DNA of 64,000 nt, taken from Patescibacteria group bacterium (lineage in GTDB: Bacteria; Patescibacteriota; Patescibacteriia; UBA9934). The translations under genes and the position numbers were made by a program. The stretch spans positions 40,446 to 104,445 of the forward strand of contig JBBTSM010000001.1 in NCBI GenBank assembly GCA_038064675.1, written 5' to 3'. Position 1 is the stretch's first letter; each line of letters starts with the position of its first letter. Shown here one piece after another: positions 9,966-19,202 of this stretch. The notes beneath the pieces were generated by a model. That model did no database searches and was not told the DNA's origin. It saw only the letters and a list, made by a program, of their open reading frames with translations.

Positions 9966-10228
9966 GTATGCCAACATGGTTCGTATACATGGTGCGCTGT
10001 GGCGATGGGAGTCTCTATACGGGGATCGCTATTGATGTTGTAAAGCGAATCGCGTTGCACAACGCGGGGAAAGGGGCGAAGTACACCAGAGCAAGATTGC
10101 CCGTGGTGCTTGTGTGGAGTGCGGCAATGAAGAGCGCGACCGATGCGCGAAAGGCGGAGGTGGATGTGAAGCGATTGTCGAAGAAAGAAAAAGAACAATT
10201 AATAGGTTTGCACGTGCGCCGTGGCTAA
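9962..10228 (+). CDS. Small GIY-YIG nuclease family protein (YhbQ/COG2827-like)
   Basis: FVYMVRCGDGSLYTGIAIDVVKRIALHNAGKGAKYTR is a canonical GIY-YIG core. Overlaps the upstream gene at ATGA. Confidence 0.75.
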   Translation: MSMPTWFVYMVRCGDGSLYTGIAIDVVKRIALHNAGKGAKYTRARLPVVLVWSAAMKSATDARKAEVDVKRLSKKEKEQLIGLHVRRG

Positions 10229-12401
10229 GGTTCCCGTCCCCGATAATTTCGGATACACTTCCTTCGCTATGAAAGACTTTGTTCTCTCCAACCAGCACGC
10301 CTCGCCGAATCTTCATATTGACTATCAGGCGGAGTTGAATGAGGAGCAGTATCGCGTGGTTTCTGGCGGTGGTGGGCCGATGCTGGTACTTGCGGGTGCG
10401 GGGAGTGGAAAAACGAGAACCATTACCTATCGTGTGGCGTGGTTGCTCGAACACGGTACGCCAGTGGAGAACATGTTGTTGCTCACGTTTACGAACAAAG
10501 CGGCAAAAGAAATGATGGCGCGCGTGGAAGGATTGCTTCGCGCATATCCAACAGGATTGTGGTCTGGAACCTTTCACTCCATCGCAAACCGCATGTTGCG
10601 CATGTACGGCGCGTACACTGGCTTCGGGAGCGATTTTTCCATTTTGGACGAGGAAGATGCGAACGATTTGATGAAGATGTGTATCAAGGAGCTGAAGATC
10701 GACACGAAGGGGCGACGATTCCCGAGTGTTGGAGTGTTGCGCGGACTCTTGTCGTACGCCAACAACGCTCGTCGATCGCTTCAGTCGGTGCTGAACGACC
10801 GCGCAGAACATTTCGCGGGAATTCTTCACGAGGTGACGGCGGTTGCAGAGCGATACGCATCCGCAAAACGCACAGCGAAGGCGATGGACTTTGATGATCT
10901 CTTGCTCGAGCTCCTCAAGCTTCTTCGTGAAAACGAATCCGTTCGCACGCAATTGGCCAATCGTTTTCAATTCGTGCTCGTGGATGAGTTCCAGGACACG
11001 AACATTATTCAGTCCGACATCGTCGATCTTCTTTCGTCCGGCCATCGGAATCTTCTCGTTGTTGGCGACGACGCACAGAGTATTTACTCCTTCCGCGCCG
11101 CAGAAATTAGGAACATTCTTGATTTTCAGAAACGGTATCCGGATGCGCAATCGTATCGATTGGTGATGAATTATCGCTCCACGCCGGAGATTCTTGCGGT
11201 TGCGAACGCTGTCATCTCGAATAACAGCGAGCAGTTCGCGAAAGAACTGGTGTCGGCCAAGTCTTCTGGAGAAAAGCCAAACATTGTTCCGGCGAACGAT
11301 GCACGAGAAGAAGCGCAGTATGTTGTTGAACAGATTTTGAAGCTGATCGATGAGGGAATCGAGCTCCAGGGAATCGCGGTGCTGTTCCGTGCAGCGTTTC
11401 ACTCGCAAGCTCTGGAATTCGAGCTGATGAAGCGGGGGATTGCGTACGAATATCGTGGCGGAATGAAGTTTTTTGAACGCGCCCACATCAAGGATGCCGT
11501 TGCGCATCTTCGGCTGCTTCGAAACGGTCACGACCTTGTTGCATGGGCCAGAGCGCTGCAGATTCAACCTGGTCTTGGCATTACCACAAGCCAGAAGATT
11601 GCGGAAACGATGAGTCAGTACGACTCTGCCCGCGATGCCATTGAGGCGCCGATGAAACTTTCTCCTCGGGTACAGTCTGGATTTGCCGGAACACGATCGA
11701 TTCTCCGCATGATGTTTGCTGCACCGCTGCCGTCGGAGGCTGTGCGCGCATTTGCAAATCACGAATCGTACCGGCTGTATCTTGAAGCCGAATATCCGAA
11801 TGCGCGTGAACGGGTTGAAGACTTGGATCAGCTCGCGGTGTTTGCGGAGCAGTATCGCGATCTTGGTGCATTCTTAGACGCGATGACGTTGGCTGGCGAT
11901 TTCGCGGGAAGGATCGATGATGCGGAATCGGGAGCCCGTGAAGAGTCCGATCGAAACAAACTTATCTTGTCGACGATTCACCAGGCGAAGGGACTGGAGT
12001 GGGATGCGGTGTTCGTACTGCACTGTGCGCAAGGAACGTTCCCGAGTGATCGAAGCATGGGGCAGTCGCGGGAAATCGAAGAAGAGCGACGACTGTTCTA
12101 CGTTGCGGCGACGCGAGCGCGGTCGAAGCTATATTTCACGTATCCAATGACGACCGGGTATGAATCGGTTGAGCTTCGTCAGCAGTCCATGTTTCTTGAT
12201 GAGATTCCGTTCGGCATGGCGGAAACCGTGCGTTTACGTCGCGCAATGCCAGCTTGGAGCATGTCGTCGTCGTACAGTACGCCAACCTCGTCTCGCCATC
12301 GTGCGCACGACGAGTTTGAAGAGCCCACAATCGTTCTCGACGACATGGGGGAGAAAATGGTAAAAAAGAGTGCACCTGGTTCGTTTCTCGGCGATCATTA
12401 A
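10221..12401 (+). CDS. UvrD/PcrA-family SF1 DNA helicase (GTG start at 10221; alternative ATG at 10269)
   Basis: LNEEQYRVV...GPMLVLAGAGSGKT (Walker A), DEFQDT (Walker B) and typical UvrD motifs through VAATRAR. Confidence 0.9.
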   Translation: MAKVPVPDNFGYTSFAMKDFVLSNQHASPNLHIDYQAELNEEQYRVVSGGGGPMLVLAGAGSGKTRTITYRVAWLLEHGTPVENMLLLTFTNKAAKEMMARVEGLLRAYPTGLWSGTFHSIANRMLRMYGAYTGFGSDFSILDEEDANDLMKMCIKELKIDTKGRRFPSVGVLRGLLSYANNARRSLQSVLNDRAEHFAGILHEVTAVAERYASAKRTAKAMDFDDLLLELLKLLRENESVRTQLANRFQFVLVDEFQDTNIIQSDIVDLLSSGHRNLLVVGDDAQSIYSFRAAEIRNILDFQKRYPDAQSYRLVMNYRSTPEILAVANAVISNNSEQFAKELVSAKSSGEKPNIVPANDAREEAQYVVEQILKLIDEGIELQGIAVLFRAAFHSQALEFELMKRGIAYEYRGGMKFFERAHIKDAVAHLRLLRNGHDLVAWARALQIQPGLGITTSQKIAETMSQYDSARDAIEAPMKLSPRVQSGFAGTRSILRMMFAAPLPSEAVRAFANHESYRLYLEAEYPNARERVEDLDQLAVFAEQYRDLGAFLDAMTLAGDFAGRIDDAESGAREESDRNKLILSTIHQAKGLEWDAVFVLHCAQGTFPSDRSMGQSREIEEERRLFYVAATRARSKLYFTYPMTTGYESVELRQQSMFLDEIPFGMAETVRLRRAMPAWSMSSSYSTPTSSRHRAHDEFEEPTIVLDDMGEKMVKKSAPGSFLGDH

Positions 12402-12402
12402 T

Positions 12403-12659
12403 TTTTCCGTCATCCCCGCGTAGGCGGGGATCCAGTATCATTGCAAGCTGGTGGCTCGGATATACATTCTTTTGCACTCCGCGCGAATCCCCGACGCTGC
12501 AACGTCTCGTTTGCACTCGACTGCAGCTGAGGGGCGCGTGCTCGTTGGAAGAATGTATCCTCTCCACTGGCGCTCGCGATGTCAGTCTCACTCGCCCAAT
12601 TTGCTCAAGGGTAATCCCGATCGCCCAAGCGCAGCGATCGCTCATCTTTCCTCTCCACT
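12403..12659 (+). repeat. Modular intergenic repeat of about 257 bp, copy A: TTCCGTCAT + palindrome ATCCCCGCGTAGGCGGGGAT + conserved body + GGGTAATCCCGATCGCCC tail. It fills the whole uvrD / malic-enzyme spacer
   Basis: High identity along its full length to 18932-19202 and partly to 24052-24195. Confidence 0.85.
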
Positions 12660-13808
12660 ATGTCCAATCACGACTACGCACAGCGTTCGATGGATGCGCA
12701 TAAGCTTCATGCCGGGAAATGGGCTATTACAAGCGTGATGCCGCTCGAAACTGCGGACGATTTGAGTATTGCGTACACGCCTGGAGTTGCTGCGCCGTGT
12801 TTGGCAATTGCGGCGGATCCGTTGGCTGCATATGATTTGACGATGAAAGGGCGCGCTGTTGCTGTTGTATCCGACGGATCGTCCGTGCTCGGGCTTGGCA
12901 ACATTGGCCCGATGGCGGGATTGCCAGTAATGGAAGGGAAAGCGGTATTGTATAAAAAGTACGCAAACATTGATGCGGTGCCGATCGTCCTTGCAAGTCA
13001 GAATGCGGACGAAATTATCGAGGCCGTGCGCATGATTGCACCAACATTTGGTGGAATTCATTTGGAAGACATTGCCGCACCGGCATGTTTCGAAATTGAA
13101 CAGCGGTTGAGCGAGATGCTCGACATCCCAGTCATGCACGACGATCAGCACGCAACAGCAATCGTTGCGCTTGCGGGGTTGATGAACGCGGCGAAAGTTG
13201 TTGGTCGATCGTTGGAATCCATGAACGTTGTGGTGAACGGTGCCGGTGCCGCGGGAATCGCTATCACATATCTGTTTATCGATGCCGGGGTTGCCAATGT
13301 GATTCTCGTCGATTCTAAGGGCGTTATTGGTCATCATCGATCTGACCTTTCGGGCCAGAAAGCGATCCTCGTTGCATTAACAAACACATATGGAGTGCAG
13401 GGCGGGCTCGCAGAAGCAATGCAGGGAACAGACGTGTTTGTTGGCGTAAGCAAGCCGAATCTTGTCTCGCAAGACATGGTGAAGTCTATGGCGCCAAATC
13501 CAATCATCTTCGCGCTCGCAAATCCGGTTCCAGAAATTGCGTACGACGACGCGAAGGCTGCCGGTGCTGCTGTCATCGCCACCGGGCGTAGTGATTATCC
13601 AAATCAAATCAACAATGTCCTTGTGTATCCAGGATTGTTCCGCGGATTGCTCAATCGCCGAGCAAGTAAGCTGACGAGTGTCATGAAAATTGCTGCCGCA
13701 ACGGCGTTGGCGGGTATGGTTCCAGAACCAACGGCAGAGAATATCATTCCAAGGATTATTGAGACGAATCCAGCGGAGGCAATTGCGAAAGCCATCGAAA
13801 GCGTATGA
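12660..13808 (+). CDS. NAD(P)-dependent malic enzyme (short, prokaryotic type)
   Basis: Malic enzyme motifs DDQHATAIV and VVNGAGAAGIA (Rossmann). Confidence 0.9.
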   Translation: MSNHDYAQRSMDAHKLHAGKWAITSVMPLETADDLSIAYTPGVAAPCLAIAADPLAAYDLTMKGRAVAVVSDGSSVLGLGNIGPMAGLPVMEGKAVLYKKYANIDAVPIVLASQNADEIIEAVRMIAPTFGGIHLEDIAAPACFEIEQRLSEMLDIPVMHDDQHATAIVALAGLMNAAKVVGRSLESMNVVVNGAGAAGIAITYLFIDAGVANVILVDSKGVIGHHRSDLSGQKAILVALTNTYGVQGGLAEAMQGTDVFVGVSKPNLVSQDMVKSMAPNPIIFALANPVPEIAYDDAKAAGAAVIATGRSDYPNQINNVLVYPGLFRGLLNRRASKLTSVMKIAAATALAGMVPEPTAENIIPRIIETNPAEAIAKAIESV

Positions 13809-14341
13809 GACAGCAAAGCTTCAGGCATCGTGGTGCGAAAAGCTCCGGAATCGGGGGAAGTATTTTGCTGATTATCGCAGCAGTGGTTGGAGTATTTGTG
13901 GTGTATCAACTTATTCTGTGGTTCCGTTCGAGTAGTGCAAAGACGATCGCGAACGATGTGGTTACCGCGGCGGTTGATACGGTTGATGCAAAAGCATCTT
14001 TGACGACGTCACTTAACAGTACTGCAGTGCTGAAGGTATCCGATGGGTCGTCGGCTGGAACTGTTGTGCGTTCGGGAACGGTAGAGGTGCCGTCGTACAG
14101 TCTTGTAGCGAATCTTGTTGCCCTTGCTCCAGATACGATGTACGAGGCATGGCTTGTGAAGGATGGCCTTGCCGACGTGAAGAGTGTTGGAGCGTTGAAC
14201 CCACGTGCGGACGGAAGTTGGGCCGCAACATTTAGCGCGAAAGATCCGTTGGACTATCCAACGATCGTCATCATGCTCGAGCCGAATGATGGGGATGCTG
14301 AGCCATCGGGGAACCGTATTGCTGAAGGAAGATTTGAATAA
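13805..14341 (+). CDS. Single-pass membrane protein with an extracytoplasmic anti-sigma-K factor RskA-like C-terminal domain
   Basis: N-terminal TM helix. YEAWLVKDG...G.LNPRADGSWAATF pattern resembles the RskA C-terminal domain. No sigma factor gene is adjacent. Confidence 0.4.
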   Translation: MRQQSFRHRGAKSSGIGGSILLIIAAVVGVFVVYQLILWFRSSSAKTIANDVVTAAVDTVDAKASLTTSLNSTAVLKVSDGSSAGTVVRSGTVEVPSYSLVANLVALAPDTMYEAWLVKDGLADVKSVGALNPRADGSWAATFSAKDPLDYPTIVIMLEPNDGDAEPSGNRIAEGRFE

Positions 14342-14350
14342 TTACTGCCT

Positions 14351-15559
14351 ATGACTATCGGTGTTCTGGGGGCTGGATACGTGGGGCTGGCAACAGCAGC
14401 GAGTTTTGCAGCGCGTGGCTTTGCGGTGGTGTGCGCCGACATCGACGAGAAGAAGATCGCGAAACTTCAGATTGGCGAGCTTCCATTTTTTGAGGAGGGA
14501 ATGGGCGACGTGTTCGCGACGGCATCGACTCCCGTGACTTTTACTACCAATCTCGAGAGCGCGTGTCTGTGCGATATAGTCTTTTGCTGCGTGGGAACGC
14601 CGAGCGCAGCTGACGGATCGGCGGATCTTTCGTTTGTGCGATCGGTCGCAAAAACCTGCGCCGACATCGCGCCAAATGCAGTATTTGTTCTGAAGTCGAC
14701 GGTTCCTCCGGGAACGTCGAGGTCGATTTCAGAATTTGTAGACGGAAAACTGCGTATTGCGGCAAATCCAGAATTTTTACGCGAAGGAAACGCAGTGCAA
14801 GACGCGCTGAATCCAACACGAGTGGTCATTGGGGCTGATGACGAATCGGTTTCATTGATTCTTGCCGATCTGTACAAGGATGTTGGTGCACCAATTGTTT
14901 CCACAAACACGGTGACTGCCGAGATGATTAAGTACGCGTCGAATAGCTTCCTCGCGACGAAGATCAGTTTTATTAACGACATCGCGAACCTCTGCGATGT
15001 GATTGGTGCCGATGTGCAATCTGTTGCAACAGGCATGGGGCTCGACGATCGTATCGGTGCAAAGTTTTTGCAGCCTGGGCCTGGATACGGCGGGAGTTGT
15101 TTTCCTAAAGATGTGCGAGCACTGATGCATCTTGGACAATCGGTGAAGGTGCCACTGCGTATCCTTGAAGCAACAACTGCGATTAATGCGGATCGTCAGC
15201 GATTGCCGTACCGTCAGCTTGTCGAGCATCTTGTGGATTTGAAAGGAAAGCGTATCGCTGTGTGGGGGCTTGCGTTTAAGCCGGGTACCGATGATGTCCG
15301 CGACGCTCCTGCACTCGGATTGTTGCGCCGGTGTATGGCGGACGAGGCAGACCTCGTTGCTTTTGATCCATTGGTTCGATCGCTCCCATCAGAATTCGGT
15401 GAAGTCGAGATGGCATCAAGCGCAGCTGATTCGCTCCGTGGAGCTGATGCAGTGGTGATTATGACCGATTGGCCCGAATTTTCCGCCGTTGAGCGTGTCG
15501 AGATTCTGAAAACTCTGCGAGGGGACTGTGTAATCGACCCACGATACGTTCTTCGATGA
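14351..15559 (+). CDS. ugd: UDP-glucose 6-dehydrogenase
   Basis: IGVLGAGYVGL Rossmann motif. Catalytic GGSCFPKD motif. Confidence 0.9.
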   Translation: MTIGVLGAGYVGLATAASFAARGFAVVCADIDEKKIAKLQIGELPFFEEGMGDVFATASTPVTFTTNLESACLCDIVFCCVGTPSAADGSADLSFVRSVAKTCADIAPNAVFVLKSTVPPGTSRSISEFVDGKLRIAANPEFLREGNAVQDALNPTRVVIGADDESVSLILADLYKDVGAPIVSTNTVTAEMIKYASNSFLATKISFINDIANLCDVIGADVQSVATGMGLDDRIGAKFLQPGPGYGGSCFPKDVRALMHLGQSVKVPLRILEATTAINADRQRLPYRQLVEHLVDLKGKRIAVWGLAFKPGTDDVRDAPALGLLRRCMADEADLVAFDPLVRSLPSEFGEVEMASSAADSLRGADAVVIMTDWPEFSAVERVEILKTLRGDCVIDPRYVLR

Positions 15560-15565
15560 GGTATA

Positions 15566-16318
15566 ATGAGGTCGTCTATGGCGCTGCTTCGTAGGTCCTC
15601 TTCAAAATCCTCGGGAGACAAATGTCGTTTTCCATTAAGCGATCAAGAACGCGCCCAAAGCGAGCAGAGCGGGCTTGTTCCTCATGCATCAGAAATTACC
15701 TGGCGCGTGTTTCGGATCATGGCAGAAATTGTTGAAGGGTTTCAGCTGCTCACGCGAACTACGCGTGAGGTTTCCGTATTTGGCTCGTCGCGATGTGCGC
15801 CGTCGAGCCATTGGTACAAAGAGTCGTATGCACTCGGAGTATTGTTGGGAAAGAATGGTTTCACTGTTGTGACTGGCGGAGGCCCAGGCATCATGGAGGC
15901 GGCGAATAAGGGCGCTTTTGAAAACGGGGCGCAATCGGTAGGCTTGAATATTGAGCTTTCTCATGAGCAACGACTGAATCCGTACGTTACGCTTTCGCAC
16001 GGCTTTCATTACTTCTTTACGCGAAAAGTGATGCTTGTGGCGGCGGCGCAGGCGTATGTTGTGTTCCCTGGAGGTTTTGGAACATTGGATGAGCTTTTTG
16101 AGCTGTTAACATTGGTCCAAACGGGGAAATCGAGCAAAATGCCCATTGTGCTCGTGGGAAAGGATCATTGGGCGCCGCTGATTGCTTGGCTCGAGAGTAG
16201 CGTGTACGGTACGCAGGACGCTATTGATCCGGGCGACTTGCGCCTATTTACTGTGGTAGACTCCGCAAACGAAGCATTCGATATTGTTTCCAAATCCCCA
16301 GAGCGCCACCTATTCTAG
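15566..16318 (+). CDS. LOG-family protein (TIGR00730; cytokinin riboside 5'-monophosphate phosphoribohydrolase-like / lysine decarboxylase-like)
   Basis: GGGPGIMEAANKGA and PGGFGTLDELFE motifs. Long-type N-terminal extension WRVFRIMAEIVEGFQLL. Confidence 0.8.
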   Translation: MRSSMALLRRSSSKSSGDKCRFPLSDQERAQSEQSGLVPHASEITWRVFRIMAEIVEGFQLLTRTTREVSVFGSSRCAPSSHWYKESYALGVLLGKNGFTVVTGGGPGIMEAANKGAFENGAQSVGLNIELSHEQRLNPYVTLSHGFHYFFTRKVMLVAAAQAYVVFPGGFGTLDELFELLTLVQTGKSSKMPIVLVGKDHWAPLIAWLESSVYGTQDAIDPGDLRLFTVVDSANEAFDIVSKSPERHLF

Positions 16319-16324
16319 ACGATT

Positions 16325-17899
16325 ATGTACGAACGATTAGCGAAACTTGCGTCCGGTTTGAAGCATCGCGAAAGCGTTGTTGCTGCGGCAAATGGTGAAG
16401 AGACTATCGAGGTGAGCGTTCCTGCGTCTACCGCGGCATCCATTTACGAGAAAGTTCGCAATACACTCGATTATCAAGAGGAACATCTGCTTCGTCGTAA
16501 TGCTATTGAACGCATTCTTCGACGATACCGCGGGGGAGGGGAATCACCAGATCGTATGGCGAGTGAGTTGTTGAAGGAGCTTGTTTGGGCGAAGTACTTG
16601 CCGAACAAGACTATTCCATTATCGCTCGGGAACACGATCGCGATTATTTTGGGAAAGTACGAACCGTTGTTTGCGGCGGTTATGGCGGTAAAGGCGAATC
16701 GTGAGCGTTTAAATAATTGGCTTCTGGATGTTGTTGCAACAGAGGTGGAATACACCCTCGCGCCACCGATGGCCGACGAGGCAATGGCGAGTTTTATGTA
16801 TGAGGAGATGCGCTCGCGTATTGATTGGGATCCAAAATTTGGATTGAGCGACGAGACGAAGGATTTGCGATTGTATACCGCGATTCACCGCACGCTTTTA
16901 AAGAGTAATGCCGCGACGCTGCGATTCCGATTGCTCACGCTCTATTACCCAACATGGGCTGGCGCGCAAGCAACATCGGCGTTGAGCGACGAGCTTGCGG
17001 CGAACATCGTTCGTGTTATTGAAACGATCGAAACAGAAATTTTCCATCCACTTACGGATCGATTGTCTCGTGTGCTTCGTCGAAAGGCGGGGATTTTCCG
17101 CGTATTGCGTGATGCGTTTATTCACGCAAAGGATTCGTCGAAATTACTCAACGACGCGGGCGCACTCGATGACGCGGTGAAAGAATCGCTCCATCATCGT
17201 ACGGATGATTTCCGAATTCGTTTGCGCCGAACTGTTGTTCGAACGGTGCTCTTCTTGTTTATCACCAAGATGTTGCTCGCATTGGTGCTTGAAGTGCCTT
17301 ACGATTTGTTTATTGTGCAGGACGCATCGTGGTATCCGTTGTTGGTGAACATTACGTTCCATCCGCTTTTTCTTGCGTTGATCGGTTTGACAGTGACGAT
17401 CCCGGAGAAGAAGAACGTAGAAGACTACCAGGCTGCTGTTCGGGCCATCGCGGTTGGCGCGCAGCACCAGCTCCTCACGGTTCGGGTGAAGCGCGAAACG
17501 CGCGGTGCGTGGTTCAATGTCTTCTTGGTGCTGTACGCCCTGCTCTTTATTGTGGTGTTTGGCGTTATCGCGTCTATTCTTCGTGGATTCGGTTTTCATG
17601 CGTTATCGATCGGGCTTTTCGTGTTCTTCCTTTCTTTAGTCACGTTCTTCGGAATTCGTATTCGATCGTCCACCAAGGATGTGGTGGCTTCGGATGCACG
17701 AAACGGATTCATCGGCACCGCATTCGATATTGTGCTCTTGCCGATTGTTCGCGCTGGAGCATGGCTCTCGATTCGCGTGGCGAAGATTAACGTGTTCATC
17801 TATTTCTTCGACTTCATTGTGGAGGCTCCTCTGAAGGTTGCGATTGAGTTCGTCGAGAGCTGGCTGACGTTTGTGAGGGAAAAAAAGGAAGAGATTTAA
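16325..17899 (+). CDS. Hypothetical polytopic membrane protein (524 aa)
   Basis: Soluble N-terminal half followed by several TM helices. No recognisable motifs. Confidence 0.5.
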   Translation: MYERLAKLASGLKHRESVVAAANGEETIEVSVPASTAASIYEKVRNTLDYQEEHLLRRNAIERILRRYRGGGESPDRMASELLKELVWAKYLPNKTIPLSLGNTIAIILGKYEPLFAAVMAVKANRERLNNWLLDVVATEVEYTLAPPMADEAMASFMYEEMRSRIDWDPKFGLSDETKDLRLYTAIHRTLLKSNAATLRFRLLTLYYPTWAGAQATSALSDELAANIVRVIETIETEIFHPLTDRLSRVLRRKAGIFRVLRDAFIHAKDSSKLLNDAGALDDAVKESLHHRTDDFRIRLRRTVVRTVLFLFITKMLLALVLEVPYDLFIVQDASWYPLLVNITFHPLFLALIGLTVTIPEKKNVEDYQAAVRAIAVGAQHQLLTVRVKRETRGAWFNVFLVLYALLFIVVFGVIASILRGFGFHALSIGLFVFFLSLVTFFGIRIRSSTKDVVASDARNGFIGTAFDIVLLPIVRAGAWLSIRVAKINVFIYFFDFIVEAPLKVAIEFVESWLTFVREKKEEI

Positions 17900-17915
17900 G
17901 TGGTAGAATACAGGC

Positions 17916-18926
17916 ATGAACGAACGAAGGCATCGCGTGCGGGGGTTGCGCGAAGCTGTGGCATTTGCTGCGGTGTGTTTGGTGACGTTTGTGGCAATGA
18001 CGTGTATCGGTGTTGTTATTCTTTTTCGTCCTGGCGCAGACAAGCTTGGTGTGACGTTCTCGAGTTCGTATTCACAGGATTTGGATTTGGATCCCGAGGA
18101 GGTTTTTACGGCGCTCGTGAGCGACCTTGGTGCGAAACGTGTTCGCATTCCAGTGTATTGGAGCGATCAGGAAACTGCTCCCGGAGTGTACGATTTTTCT
18201 GCGCTGGATTCGTTGATGCGGATTGCTGATGCGCATGGGACAGAAGTGACGCTCGCTATTGGCATGAAGGTTCCACGGTGGCCGGAGTGTTACTTGCCAC
18301 TATTTGTGAACGGTATGAACGATGAGGAACTCAATGCAGCGGTGTATCGGTATGATCAGGCGTTGATTAGTTATGCAAAGACGTATCCTGCGTTGGCGCG
18401 TTGGCAGGTGGAAAATGAGCCATTGTTCCCATATGGCAATTGTCCAAGGCCGTCGCTTGAACGTCTCACACGCGAGGTTTCTTTAGTTCGTGCGCTCGAT
18501 ACCGCACATCCCGTTATGCTGACTGTGAGCGGCGAACAAGAGCCATGGCTTGATGTATCCAGCATCGCAGACACGATTGGGGTAAGTATGTATCGGTTTG
18601 CGTACAACGACGTGCTTGGCGCTGTCGCGTTTCCGTACGGCCCGCTGTACTACCGTGTTCACGCCATCATTACCAAGTTTTTCGCGAAGGATGTGATTAT
18701 TTCTGAGCTGCAAATGGAGCCGTGGTTTACCGACGATCCACAAAAGCCGGAATCGATGGTTGTTCCGTTTACCGTCGACGATTTCGTTGATCACATGGAT
18801 TTTGTGAAACGAACGGGAATCCACGAAGTGTTGCTTTGGGGTGCGGAGTGGTGGTATTACCAGAAGGTTCATGGTGATCCTTCGCTCTGGAATATTGCAA
18901 AACAGACGTTCTCTGAGTCGAAATAA
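17916..18926 (+). CDS. Membrane-anchored glycoside hydrolase, GH5/clan GH-A-like
   Basis: N-terminal TM helix. Acid/base motif VENEP. Nucleophile motif IISELQ (ITE-like). Confidence 0.6.
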   Translation: MNERRHRVRGLREAVAFAAVCLVTFVAMTCIGVVILFRPGADKLGVTFSSSYSQDLDLDPEEVFTALVSDLGAKRVRIPVYWSDQETAPGVYDFSALDSLMRIADAHGTEVTLAIGMKVPRWPECYLPLFVNGMNDEELNAAVYRYDQALISYAKTYPALARWQVENEPLFPYGNCPRPSLERLTREVSLVRALDTAHPVMLTVSGEQEPWLDVSSIADTIGVSMYRFAYNDVLGAVAFPYGPLYYRVHAIITKFFAKDVIISELQMEPWFTDDPQKPESMVVPFTVDDFVDHMDFVKRTGIHEVLLWGAEWWYYQKVHGDPSLWNIAKQTFSESK

Positions 18927-18931
18927 TATTC

Positions 18932-19202
18932 TTCCGTCATCACTTTTCCTTAGTCATCCCCGCGCAGGCGGGGATCCAGAATTCATCGCGAGCTGGTGGC
19001 TCGGGTACATGTTTCTTCACTGTGCGTGAACGCCATCACGCCGTAACGTCTCGCTTGCGCTCGACTACTGCTGGATGGGTGCACTGCTCGTCGCGAAACA
19101 CGCACCCTCGCCACTGGCGATCGCGATATTCATCTCACTCGCTCAATTCGCTCAAGGGTAATCCCGATCGCCCGCGCGTAGCGCTCGCTCATCCATCTTT
19201 CT
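18932..19202 (+). repeat. Modular intergenic repeat of about 270 bp, copy B (TTCCGTCAT ... GTCATCCCCGCGCAGGCGGGGATCCAG ... GGGTAATCCCGATCGCCC); fills the GH5 / trmH spacer
   Basis: Aligns with 12403-12659 along its length. Begins 6 nt after a stop and ends at the next start codon. Confidence 0.85.

Noticed and set aside
10029-11762. 577-aa ORF on the minus strand
   Set aside because: It is entirely antisense to the well-supported UvrD helicase gene. It has a biased, Arg/His-rich composition typical of shadow ORFs in GC-rich coding DNA.
12451-12738. Small ORFs inside the intergenic repeat copies (12451-12738, 19022-19264, 23964-24194) that encode similar peptides
   Set aside because: Their similarity simply reflects DNA-level repeat conservation. 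They lack RBSs. They span repeat boundaries inconsistently. They overlap the real malic-enzyme and trmH starts.
12407-18979. CRISPR array, suggested by the I-E-like repeat GTCATCCCCGCGCAGGCGGGGATCCA
   Set aside because: The copies are solitary: 12407, 18953 and 54615 are kilobases apart. There are no regularly spaced spacers, no leader and no cas genes in the window. Each copy is embedded in a larger conserved repeat, or in one case in the grpE gene.
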